In this document: in pieces, positions 1 through 12,094 of the stretch | How positions within the stretch are numbered: position 1 is the first letter of the stretch | Layout: every line of letters begins with the position of its first letter | Assembly (NCBI GenBank): GCA_013239625.1 | Contig: MU054001.1 | Span: 6,311,078-6,375,077, forward strand | Direction: 5' to 3' | DNA: 64,000 bases | Source of the DNA: Lama guanicoe | Lineage: Eukaryota | Notes under the pieces: generated by a model | What the model saw: the letters and a program-made list of their open reading frames with translations, nothing else | What the model was told of the DNA's origin: nothing | The model's database searches: none | Made by a program: the position numbers and the translations under genes

Positions 1-150
1 CAGGTAGGCTACTATAATTATTTTCATTTACTGATGAGAAAACAGAGGCACACAGTGATTAAAAAACTTACTTAAACATCTTATAGCTAATACGTGGCAA
101 AGTGGGGATCCAAATATGGCCAACCTCATCTATCTCTTAAACATTATAGC
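1..150. mobile_element. MIR SINE fragment
   Basis: MIR core-like motif: ttttcatttactgatgagaaaacagaggcacacagtgattaa...gctaatacgtggcaaagtggggatccaaat. Confidence 0.65.
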
Positions 151-199
151 ATCCTGCGTGCCTCTCTAGCGTGCTGCTAACTCACCAGTGAGTCCCACT

Positions 200-980
200 G
201 GCTCTACCTCTCCGAGCTTTGGCATGAATCAAACAAGCCACTTCTCTCCACCTCTACTGCTACTATCACCCTGCTCAAAGTCACCATCCTCTTTCACTCA
301 GTCAACTATCTGTCCTACCTGCCTCAGTCTTATCCCACCGCTCCCAACAGTCCATCCTCCAGATAGTAATGAGGATGGTTTTTTCAAAAAGTATACATCA
401 GACCACCTCACCACCCCACCCCCACCTGCACGCACACATAGACACCCTGCTTAAAAGTCTCCAGTGTCTTCCCATCACCCGGAGAATAGGAACCAAACTG
501 CTCGCCATGGCCTCCAAGGCCCTACATGATCTAGCTCCAGCCTGCCTCATCTTTCTCATTCTCCCTCCTCTTCTTCACCATGTTTCAGTCACACTGGGTT
601 CCCTCTGTCCCTTGAACATGTCAACTGTGTTCCTATCCCAGGGCCTTTGTACTTGGCACATTTCTGTTTGGAATGTTTCTCATTCAGATTGTTGCACGAG
701 GCCCTCTTGTTATGCAGGTTTCAACCACCATCCCTTTCTCAAAAAGGCCTTCCCTCCCTACCATGGCCAGCCTCTCTCTCTTACTTTATTTTGCCTACGT
801 CATAGTACCTGTCAGCTCCAGATTATTTGACATTATTTACTTTTATGTCCATTGTTATTCATTCCCACCAGAAAGTAACTCCCTGAGGACCGGGACTCTG
901 ATCTAGCTTGTCCACTGCTATGTCCCCATTGCCTAGAAGAATGCCTGGCACACAGTAGGTGCTTACTATTGATGAATGAC
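200..980 (+). mobile_element. L2 LINE 3' portion (L2a-like)
   Basis: Typical L2 3' region: cttaaaagtctccagtgtcttcccatcac, ggcctccaaggccctacatgatct, and terminus gcctagaagaatgcctggcacacagtaggtgctt...tgatgaatga. Confidence 0.8.
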
Positions 981-1762
981 CGCCCAGGCAAGTTTCTCTA
1001 TGTTCTTCTGGGTTTATCTATAAAATAGGAATAATGATATCTGAGATGCCTACCACATAGGGGGAGGAGCAAACAAAAGAGGGCCTATAAAAATATTTAC
1101 AAGCTTTGAGCTGCTAAACAAGTGATAGTTACACTATTGTTTGTTGTGTGATTATAGCAATGAACCTCGCTGAGCCTCAGCTTCTTCACTGGTAAACTGG
1201 AATAATAAAAGTATTTCATAGGGTTATGAGGATAATACGTAACATATATAAGCATTTAACACAGTGTCTGGCATATATTCTTAAGTGTTTTTTTAAAAAA
1301 ACAGCCTTTTTATCAATCCAGTAACACAACCACAATCCTGGATCACTGTTACAGGCTTCCTGGGCTTTCTGGTTCAGACTTGCCTCTGCTCATCTCACAT
1401 TCTTTACAGTTGGGCTACTTTTCCTGTGCGAGTGATTTTTACAAAGGAGAGGCTCAAAAAATATTTGTTGAATGAATGAAGAAAGGGAGGTAGGGTCAGT
1501 GAGTAAACAGACATATGTATGTCATATTCAGGACATCACTTTAATACTCCAAAACCAGTGCTTCCCAAATAAAGCCCCAGCTTCCAAGGGTCTTTACAAC
1601 TTCACTGTCATCTGTGGTTCCTAGTTGGTCCCCCTGTTTCCTTAGACCACTCCACTGAAAGTACCAGTTCACTCACGTCCATCTCAAGTGTCTGTCTGCT
1701 GTCCTACATTTGGACCACTCCTTCTGTTCCCTTCTGTCTGTCCCATGCCTGACTCACTCTTT

Positions 1763-2348
1763 TTTTTAAATTTTATTTTACTGAGTTACAGTCAGTTTGC
1801 AATGTTATGCCAATTTCCAGTGTAGAGCACAATTTTTCAGCTATACATGTACATACATATATTCATTGTCGCATTCCTTTTCACCGTGAGCTACAAGATC
1901 TTGTATATACTTCCCTGTGTTATACAGTATAATCTTGTTTATCTATTCTATATATGCCTGTCAGTATCTACAAATTTTGAACTCCCAGTCTATCCCTTCC
2001 TACCCCCTTCCCCCCTGGCAACCACAAATTTGTATTCTAAGTCTATGAGTCGGTTTCTGTTTTGATTTATGTTCATTTGTCTTTTTCTTTTCTTTTCAAA
2101 AATTCCACATATGAGCGATCTCATATGGTATTTTTCTTTCTCTTTCTGGCCTACTTCACTTAGAATGACATTCTCCAGGGACATCCATGTTGCTGCAAAT
2201 GGCGTTACATTGTCTTTTTTATGGCTGAATAGTATTCCATGTATAAATATACCACATCTTCTTTATCCAGTCATCTGTGGATGGACGTTAAGGCTGTTTC
2301 CATGTCTTGGCTGTTGTAAATAGTGCTGCTGTGAACACTGGGGTGCAG
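1763..2348 (-). mobile_element. Young 5'-truncated L1 (ORF2 end plus 3' UTR), sense to PHKB
   Basis: Reverse complement of the L1 tails at 23226 and 40806; ORF 1990..2184 gives [18 protein letters not shown]. Poly(T) at the left end. 16-bp TSD gcctgactcactcttt (1747-1762) / gcctgacttgctcttt (2349-2364). Confidence 0.93.
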
Positions 2349-4186
2349 GCCTGACTTGCTCTTTCAACCTAATCTCCTCTATGAAGTTGTGCAAAGATCA
2401 AGCTGTCCAGAAGTCTTCTGTCTCCATCAGCAAACTGCTGTCTGTATGTCACCTGCCATGTCTCTGAAAGGCCTTTTTGCATGCTCATGAGTGGTCTGTA
2501 TAATACAGTGTGCACCTCCTCCCTGCAGAGCCCCTCATGCTCTTTTCTCAGCATATACACAGCACCTCACTTAAAGGTCTGGAAGAATATTTTTTTTTAA
2601 GTATTGTTACATTTTTATTAGCAATACACACATCTTCCCTCGAGCATAAAGGTCAAATATTTGCAAACATAAACAGGATATTTTTAACGAACAAGAAGAA
2701 TCATAACTAAAAGGACACATTTTTATATGCTATCAAGGGATGTGCAAGTCACTTTAATCACATGTTTGAAGACCAACAAACTGTAGTTGAAAATATTCTG
2801 ATTTAAAACTTTCATTTCTATAAATGAATAAAGTCAGGTTTTTAAAAACATTTTTTTATTGAGATAAAAAAGAAAAACCACACAACATAAAACTTACCAT
2901 TTTAATCATTTTTAAGTATACACCAGAAGAGGAACTTGATAGCATAACTTGCCCACGAGCTAGATGGGCACTACTTGTATTAATATTCTAAACCATCTTG
3001 CTCAAAATTTAAAATTATGGTAATTAAAACACTGCATGTACATCTGTCTAGATCTTAGTTTTCAAATTACCCAAATCAGGTCAAAGTAGCGAGGTGAGGA
3101 GATTTGCAGCTGGGAGTTATAAATAATTTCAAAGAGTATACAGAGAAACTTAAATGTGAATGCATCCTAATGGTTTTCCTTCCTCTTGGTCTTTTTTTAT
3201 TTAACTTTTAACAGATAATTAATTCATATGGTTCAAAAATTTTTTAATTATGAAAAAGTTTTCAGTGAAGTGTCTCCGCCCATTTGTGGCCCATGCACCG
3301 TCCACCGACCAGGTGGCTGCTGGGATTAGCTCTTTCCAGAGCCTCCTCTTGTGTATAAAAGCAAACAAGAATCTATACTCTTATTTTCTCACATTTCGGA
3401 CAAAAGGTAACATATTGTCAGTACTTTCCTCCACTTACTTATATAGAATGGTGTTTTCCTATATTGGTACACAGAACATGCCCTCCTTTTTATTAAAACC
3501 GCTTAGTATACTCTATTTTGTATATGCACCATACTTAGTAACATCATCTCTTCAAGTCTTTTATCATTTAAGGTTAGTCAACTTTTTGCACTGAAGTCTC
3601 TGGACGTGGTTAGTTAAATAGTGGAAACATTAAATATCAGGTTTTTAGTTTGCTTATAAGAGTAAAACAAGCACTCAAGCTAAGTCATTCAGAGGCATAA
3701 CTGCTGCTGGATTATGTGGTCACTAGAAGACTGTTATCAGAGAAGGTCAGGAGGACTGGATTTGGGGATGAGGCGGTGGGAAGAGTGTGAATCTTTTCGA
3801 GGAGAATGGCACAGAAAGATGTACAGATGTCCATTTACAACTTATTCATGGAAATAACACGACAGCTTATTAATAAGACTTATATATTATTTTATTGATT
3901 ACATTTGCTTTGTAGTCCAGTTTAGAATGTCAAAGAATCGTTCTCTCTGGAGAGCCTGCCATGTGCCATGTGTTCTTTAAGCACTATGTTACATACTGTC
4001 ACAAAACTTCCAGTTTTAAAGGTCAGGAAAGTGAGGTGAAGAAAGGTGAAATAATTTGTCAGAGGGCATACAGGAAGTCAGTGGCAGAGCTTCAAGCTGA
4101 CTGCAGATGTCTAAGTCTAAAGTCCTATGGTGCACATACCGTGCTGTATGTAGTTCACAGATTATGTGCGGCTTGCTGCTGTGGTT

Positions 4187-4272
4187 TGTATCCGTCAGGG
4201 TCCTCCAGAGAAACAGAACCAGCAGGGTAGGCATGTGAATGTGGGTGTGAGTGTGTGAGTGTGTGAGAGAGA

Positions 4273-4317
<45 letters not shown>

Positions 4318-4722
4318 TACAGAGTAGAAAGAGATTTACTGTAAAGAACTGACGCAGGCAGTCAGAGTCTGGCAAGTCCCACAGTCTGCAGGGTGAGTCA
4401 GCAAGGTGGAGACTCGGGAGAGCTGGTGGTCTAGTTCCAATTCAAAGGCCAGGAGGCTCAAGACCCAGTTCCAGTCCAAAGGCAGGGAAAAAGCAAAATA
4501 TCCCAGTTCGAAGGCCGTTAGGCAGGGAGAATCCTCTCTTACTTGGCAGAGGGCCAGCCCTTTTGTTCTATTCAGGCCTTCACAGATGAGGTCCTCCCAC
4601 GTCAGGGAGGGCAATCTGACCTGCTAGGTTAATCTCATCCAAAAACATCTTCACCCTCATCCAGAGTGAAATATTTGGGTACTCTGTGTTCCAGTTGGGT
4701 GGACACAAAATTAACGAACACA
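4187..4722 (-). mobile_element. MLT2-type ERVL solo LTR with internal (GT)n
   Basis: Termini tgtatccgtcagggtcctccagagaaacagaacc ... cacaaaattaacgaacaca match MLT2 ends in reverse. Flanks tggtt/cagtt fit a 5-bp TSD. Confidence 0.85.
4244..4313. repeat. Compound (GT)n/(GA)n microsatellite
   Basis: gtgtgagtgtgtgagtgtgtgagagagagtgc followed by a long pure GT run. Confidence 0.95.
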
Positions 4723-7174
4723 CAGTTGTAGGAGTGTGTTACCATCACGGGGAGTACAGCCTTTGTGTCCTCCCCGTAGTCTACACTCCGTCCCCCTGAC
4801 ATCAGGTTTGCAGAAAACTGAACTCCATGTGTTGTCTACGAAACACTCATTTTCTTATCTGCTTTTTGACAGAATATAGTTCTTAAGTTCTTGGCAATTG
4901 AATTTAAAAATTACCTCTTCTATTAAATAATGTATACAGTATGCAAAACTCCTAATTCTTATTTTTGCAATATTGTATTAAGCCCTGGTTTAAGCAGCTT
5001 CATTTTTACTATGCCCTACGCTGCACGGAATAATCTATGGTGGCTATCTTGAATAGGTCTTTTACTGAAGAAAAGGCAAAGGAGGAGCGAGAGAAGGAAA
5101 GAAGAAAGAAGCCAACAAATAAACAGGTCACACCCCACCCAAAGCTTGGCCTGCCTCAAGGGCAGTGCATTTGAAACATTCTTTGCCTCTGCTCCTAGGG
5201 CCTTACAGAAACTCATTTATGCTCATTAGCCTTCATCAGTAGGTCTTGCCAACATCCAGCATTTTTTCATTACACTCATTTTTCAGCGAAACCTCATTAG
5301 CTGAAGAAACCAGGCAGATGCTTTATATATCTCAATTCCAACTGGAGACACCATACCCAGAGTATTTTTCCTGCTAGACCCAAGTAACAGGCTACGGCAG
5401 TTTGAACACAGGCACATCCTGACTGGAACACACTGGCATCTCGTTCTGACATTTCCAACCAAGCCAAAGCAGCACCATGGAGAAAATTAATAAGGAAGCA
5501 GAGGAAAGGTAAGTAGAAATATCTGAGGAATGACAACAAGAAGTACGGTTAAAACACAAAACGCAGCTGAGGAGTAGAGGTGGCCCGGGAGAAATTGGCC
5601 CTTTAGGGTCCCTGCATTTATACGCTGCATTAGTGACTACATAAGCTTTCTATTTAAGAGGAAAACAGATGAATTTTTGAAAAATATTCCCAGACCTCAG
5701 ACACACAGTTTCAAATGCCCGAACACATACATCAGGTAATGTATTTTTGAAAGCAATCCTTTCAATGACTACAATTATCTTGGAAAAGGATACTGATCAG
5801 CACTTTGGCACAATAAATTGACTTGTAACACTGTTTTTACTCCTTTTTAAGCACTTGCTGTAACTGGATGTTTCTATATTTTTATCTTAAAGAGGTGACT
5901 GTGCTAAAGGTCTTGTCTATTTCCTGGAAACAATGCTAAAACGACTATGTGAGCACCAGGAGAAACCCTGACTCATGGTGCTCACTCAGCTTTAGTCACA
6001 GCCATCGGGAAGAACAAATGATGAGAAATTTCCAGAAACACAACAGGAATGATCAAACACTGGGAAAGACTGGTAAAATGAGGGTGAGACGGGAAGGCAG
6101 AGGCAGCAGGTAGAGCACAGGTTCGACAAGTCTAGTCGTTTCCCTCTAGGGCTTCTGTGTCATTTCAGAGGACCCCAGGTGTTGGGATGCCACCCGTGAA
6201 AGGCCTCCAGTGGGAAACAAGCAGAAACCAGCTGTTGAGAATCATGGGAGAAATGGAAGCAAGTTTCAGCAAGCCAACTTATTTTTGGTTTTTCTCTTTG
6301 GATGCTTGTACTGACTACATCAGTTCTCTGGTGTCTGGGTTGAAATGTCAGAGGTGGCAGGGGCCATTTTTATCATCTGGTGTGAAGAGTCCACAAGAAA
6401 GACTTGGTGGCAGGATTCCAGTTTAGTCAGGGTGGCACAAGTTTGAACTAGTTTTTATGCTGAAATTCTGCCTAAGACTTTGTCTGAAAAATGGGTTTCC
6501 CTGATAAAAATCAGTAACCCACCTGAAGGATGAGAAGTCTGAGGTCCAGATAGGGGAAATGGTCCAGGTCCTGTAGCAAGTTAGCGGCAGACCCAGAAAT
6601 TGAGTCCAGGTCTCTGGACTAATTTGGTCTAGAGTTCACTCTGCTATGTCAGACTGCTTCATCTTACCAGCTGTACAGTAAACTTTTCAGTGCCCTAGAG
6701 AACTGCCAAGTGCATGGCTCCAATGATTAGTGCAAATGAGTGGACAGGACACGTGCAGTTGCCACAATGTGAACGCCACCTAAGAAGAGCGGTTTCGCAG
6801 GGGTTAAAGGACAAAAGCCTGTTCCACTTTCTCTTTCAGCACTAAAGGCTCTTCCCAAGTATAAAAAGACTGGGCTAATTAGACAGTACAAGGGAGAACC
6901 TGTGGCAAGATCTACAGCCGCTGCGTTAGAGACCAGACAGCTACAGAGGAACCCAGCAAGCTCCAGGCTCAAATGAGTGTTTAACTATGTAGAGCCAACT
7001 TCCCTGGTTGAGGCCAAATTGTTCCTAGCGTGTATTCTCACTGAGGACCTGAATTCAGAGGAGACAGGCGACTGTCGCTTTTAGTAGAAAAAACCTAAAT
7101 GTCTTCCAAACGGATGAGATCACAATTCAACAGATTTGTGTACTAGGAATGCTTCTGCCTTTGAGGGCTTGTTC

Positions 7175-8500
7175 AGCTGTTCATTCGTCCAGACATCATG
7201 GTAGACACCAGGCGGAATAGAAAGGTAGATGAAACATTATCCCTATTCTTGAGGAACTCACTATATAACAGAGAAGACAAACCATACATGGAGTTTGGGG
7301 GGCTGTAAATACAATGCCCCTAAAGGGTGCTTTGAGGGCAAGGGAGAGAGCATTTAATTTAGTTTCAGAGAATTGAGGAGGACTTTATAGAAAAAGGTAT
7401 CTGAGCTATAAGAATAAAAACTCACCACTAATGAATTTATTCAGTAAATTATTATCTTACCTACTATGTGTCAGACAAATAAGACAAAGTCCTCCCATGA
7501 AACTTACATTTCAGTGGGGGTTGGGGAGACAGATGAATACAAGTAAGTAAATAAAATACACAAATAATTAAATAACTTAAAAGTGATAAATACCATAATA
7601 AATGTAAAGGGTGATCTAATAGAGTAGCTAGAGGCAGGGCTATTTTAGATTGATGGTCAGAAAATAATTCTCTCAGCAGGTGCCATTAAATCTGAGACTG
7701 AATTCAACAACAAAAAGGAACAAGATCTAGTAACAAACACTCAGAAGGAACAGCCAAGGCCCTGAGAGGAAAAGACTTCAGGTGTCTGAGGAACTAAGGG
7801 GAGACCAATGTATCAGGAGCATAATAGGCAAGCAAAAGAATGGTAAGAGATGAGGGTGGTTTCTCAGGCAACAAAGCATTTGGCTTTCATCTAAGGGGAA
7901 AAGACCCAAGGTAATTTACACTTTTAGAACAATAGTAATAAATGCATACATAGTACTTCTTATGGGTCAGGTTCTGCCCAAGAATTTTATATATATTAAC
8001 TTCTGTTATGATGGCTGCCGTACAGGCGTGGTTTGCAGATGGCAGACTGGACACAAGGAGATTAGTTGGAGGGCACAGCCGAGAGATGATGGTGGCCTGG
8101 GCTATGGTGGTGGGAATGAAGGAGGAGCAAGCAAAAAGATTTCAGGAATATTTAGGAAACAACAATGACAGGACTGGATTGGGAAGGGAAGAAGCATACA
8201 GGTACAGAGGAATCAAAGATTACTGCTGTGTTTTTACAGAGTTTGAAGGAAAAGGGAGTGCTCAAGGCTGCTGAATATCTTTGAAGTCAAGCAGATTAAA
8301 GTCTGAAGAGAGATTGATGGATTTATCAATTAGGAGGTCATCAGTATCCTCTCGCGTGTGGTTTTAGTAGAGTGGTGGTATAAGCAGTCAGACTGCACAC
8401 AGTAAGGAGTGCCCAGAACTTGAGGAAATGGTGATGGTCAAGCATTTTTCTAAGATGTTTGAAAGGGAAAGAAAAATGGGAACATGAGAGAGGGCCCTGA
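7175..8500 (-). mobile_element. Degraded L2 fragments
   Basis: Purine-rich L2-like motifs: atttattcagtaaattatt...ctactatgtgtcagac, ccatgaaacttacatttcagtgggg, gagagatgatggtggcctgggctatggtggtgg. Boundaries approximate. Confidence 0.65.
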
Positions 8501-8523
8501 GAGAAGGGCACAGTTGAGGAAGG

Positions 8524-8554
8524 TTTTTGTTTTGTTTTGTTTTGTTTTGTTTTG
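8524..8554. repeat. (TTTTG)n pentanucleotide repeat
   Basis: About six TTTTG units read directly. Confidence 0.95.
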
Positions 8555-8739
8555 TCAGGGGACAATTAAACATCTCTACAGATTCAGTGGAAGAAGTAAG
8601 TAGAGAAGAGGTTGACATACAGAAGAAAGAATGGATATCAAAGCAGAAGAGGAAAAAGGTGGAAGGAAAAAAGTTGGGTGAGTTAGTGCCTAGGAATGAG
8701 GAGTTTTCATCACTGCGTGGGATTAAAAAAAAAAGATTC

Positions 8740-8913
8740 ATTAGATGGATCTTACAATGTTATATTAGTTTCAGGTGTACAACACAGTGGTTGAAAAACA
8801 TTTATACTCATTTAAAGTTACTATAAAATATTGGCCATCTTCCTTGTGCTGTACAACATATACTTGTAGCTTATTTATTTTATACATAGTAGTTTGTAAC
8901 TCCTAATTCCTGA
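8740..8913 (-). mobile_element. Short L1 3' UTR fragment
   Basis: ttacaatgttatattagtttcaggtgtacaacacagtg...ccttgtgctgtacaacatatacttgtagcttatttattttatacatagtagtttgt is a laurasiatherian L1 tail in reverse. Confidence 0.75.
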
Positions 8914-10187
8914 GTCTGTAACTCCTAATTCCTGACCTCCATTAGCATAGTTTTAATCTTTATTTTTATAGACCCTTCTGAGAACTTAAAACTCTATCTC
9001 CCACTTTTAACAATTTTGACCTAGTGCAAGTGAGGACTCATGCTGTATCACATAGGGTTATTTATTCTTCATTGCCACATTTACATACTCTTGGGCTAAC
9101 TTTATTAGTTCCTTCAGTCTCTGATTAATGATGTGATTAGAAGAGTCATAATCAGGTTCAGTTATCTGATCATGCAACAGTGTCCCTTTCATCTCAATAA
9201 ACTATCTTGCTGTCCAAGCCACAGGCTCCCACAATGGAAGACATTTTAAATAAGACTGGGGAAATAATAAGATGCTCACAAAATTAATTAAGGAGAACTA
9301 TAAAATATGAAGATTTTCTCATGAAAATTCATAAAATTTATGAAAATTATTTATAAAGTTATATCAAAATTATCTGCACTATATGAATATGGTCTTCTCC
9401 TAAAACTCTGAAAGTGACTTCAAAAGATACACTTCTTAGGCATTATATTCTGAGAGTTCTGAGTCAGTACCATTCTTACGAAGTATGGGATGCAACAGGA
9501 TAATGTAATTTGAGAACATACAATAGACAGTTAAGTTGTATTTAGGCCAAATGAAACCTATCAATATAGGGCTAAATTTTAAAGTGGAACTACATTCCAG
9601 ATTTTAACAAAAGCCCCTGTCCAAATTAAAACACTGGCTTATATATGCATAGGGGACAGTCAATCAAAGACATACAAGACAAAAGGTCAAATACTCAAAA
9701 TTTAATTTTTTTAAGTTGAATATAACCTAAGATATATATTCAAATGGCTCCTTACTTAATAAAGCTAATCCTTCCTTTATATCCTTTCCAATCCTTTGCA
9801 AATTCAAATCTTATCTTCTGCAAAACAGCCCAACTATAATATTTAATCAAACAGGAGTTATAAAAGTTTCTATAAGAGGTATTTCAATATATAATGATCA
9901 TTAATAAGGGCAAACGCCCTCAAACCTGAAAAAAAAAAGAAAGAAAGAAAAGAAAAATTTTCCAGTGTAAGAGAAAACGAAGGAACGACAAACTAACGGT
10001 GGTTTCACATTCCTACTGGTACGTGATTGGTTGATAAGTGATTACTTGATGGCCTGGGTGGGAAGCACTGTGCTAGTTGTGTGGGAGATGCAATAATAAA
10101 AGACATGCTGGTCATGACTACCTGCCTTAGTCATAATTTAGGGATGATGAGAACCTAGGACAATGGCATTAATAATATAAGTCCCAC

Positions 10188-10640
10188 TGACAAAGATTCT
10201 TCACCTACTCAAACTTCAGTCAGGCTCCGGAAGCTTCTCCTAGGCTCATCTTGGTGCTTCCTTGTAAGTTCAGTTTTAGCAAGAATGCTGTAACTCCATT
10301 TAAGCAGAACCCGCACACTCAGTATCTATCTGTTCATCCTCCATAACTGATCGGGTTCCTCATTCACCCTCAATCCCCCAAGAGATAGTTTATCATCCTG
10401 GCCTGTCTTCAGCAAAGAATCCTATTGGTTGGTTTAGCCAGAATGCCCCTCATCTGTGATATTTCCTCTTAGTAATTTTCCACCCACCGACCCTCACCCT
10501 GCTCCTTGGCTATAAATTCCTTCATGCCAATGCTGTATTTGGAGTTGAGTCCAATCTCTCTTCCCCATGTAAAATCCCACTGCAGTAGTACCTATACCTA
10601 GTATGACGGTGCTGAATAGTCTGGCTTATCATTTTTAATA
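10188..10640 (+). mobile_element. ERV1-class solo LTR, MER31-like
   Basis: Starts tgacaaagattct...aaacttcagtcaggctcc. Contains repeated tttagcaagaa/tttagccagaa motifs, a TATA-like ggctataaat and a terminal aataaa. Confidence 0.7.
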
Positions 10641-11959
10641 AATAGAAATAATATGAAAAGTAATTATGTAAAAATGAATATCAAATAAGGCTGTAATGCA
10701 TAGTAATAGCCAAATGTTGAAAATATAATGTTTTTCTCCAGACTTTTTAGGATTTTTCTCATTCTCATTAATGAGAAAGTAGTATTATTTGTAAAATAAG
10801 TTATTTGGAATAAAGTAAAAATTGCCACAATATTCATTTAGGCCTTATAACCTAAATGTATCAGACATTTAAGAGCTTTACATACACAGATCGCCATTTA
10901 ATCATACATGACCACCATGAGTTGGGAAGTATTATCCCTAGTTAAGAGATGAAGACAGTGAGGTCTAGAGAGGTTAATTAAATTGTCCAAGGTCACAGAG
11001 TTAGTCAGGAGAAGAAATCTGTTTTATAGCTAGGTCTGTATGATGCAAAGCCGCTATACTATGTCACCTTCTTAAAAATAAAAATTTATTATATATACGT
11101 GGTATTCTTTAATCTTCAGGAAAATAATTTGTACAAAATTTTATGCACCTGTATTTTCAGAAAACAAAGTATGAAATCCCTCTTTCTTCATTAATTTGAA
11201 AAATGAGAGACCAACAAGTATGTATGTTTTTTAACCCAGATCTGTATAAATATGTACATGATTTAGTAAATAAGTACTGACTTTCATCCTAAATTTAGAA
11301 TCTTTGCAGCTTGGAAAATAAGCTCTTATGACCAAAAAGCATTCTTTTCATATTGGCCTTTTCTCCAAAGACTGTCAAAGTAGATCAATTCATTTTAATT
11401 TGCATATTAAATGTGCTAATCTACTTCTCAGATTCAAAGCTTGGGTGTCACTGAAAATGATAAACATGAAATTGGATTCTCTCAAGGGTGCTTCAACATA
11501 CATGATCTGCTCTACCATGATGATTATGCCATAAATGTAAAATACCACTTCAAGTAGGTAACCAAAAATACTCGTATTTTATTCAGAATGATGGCAAAAA
11601 GACCTGGGACTCTCTAAGGATTTCATGAGAGTACACTGTTCCTCAGCGGTGGGGCTCCCAAAGCCCAGTCCTCTGGTTGGCAGCTCCTTGTAATATGTAT
11701 CATTAAGTATGAGGAGGTCAGAGTAGAAATAAAGGATAGGTTTTTCTTCAAAGATCAACAGACCTTTAAAAACTGTTAGTAGATTCAAAATAAGGGGAAA
11801 AAAAGGGAAGTTCTATTAAATTCAGAAATTTATTTATATTTATGAATAAATAGGATTCTTTTCTCAGAGTAAAATGCCAGAATATAAGTTGGCTCAGTGG
11901 GTTGAACCAGAACAGGGGCACAAATTGAGACTCATAGTGGGTTCATTAAAACAATACTT

Positions 11960-12094
11960 GGGGGGAGGGTATAGCTCATTGGTAGAGCGCATGCTTAGCA
12001 CACACAAGGTCCTGGGTTCAATCCCCAGCACCTCCATTAAATAAACAAACAAACAAACTAACCTAATTACCTTCCCCTCCCTCCAGAAAAAAAA
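11960..12094 (+). mobile_element. tRNA-derived SINE, camelid vic-1-like
   Basis: ggggggagggtatagctcattggtagagcgcatgcttagc (A box)...gggttcaatcccc (B box), an A-rich linker, cctaattacc and an A tail. Flanking repeat caatactt at 11952-11959 and 12097-12104. Confidence 0.88.

Noticed and set aside
188..906. Overlapping plus-strand ORFs of 77-153 aa
   Set aside because: They lie within a degraded L2 and have no recognisable protein similarity or splice context.
4016..4375. ORFs with HT, poly-Y/poly-L or poly-F runs (also 20817-21195, 18241-18601, 57928-58110)
   Set aside because: These are translations of microsatellites, A-rich tracts or the N gap.
11960..12035. tRNA-like sequence (also 20838-20913)
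   Set aside because: It continues into a SINE body with an A tail and TSDs, and the stems are degenerate. It is a SINE head, not a tRNA gene.
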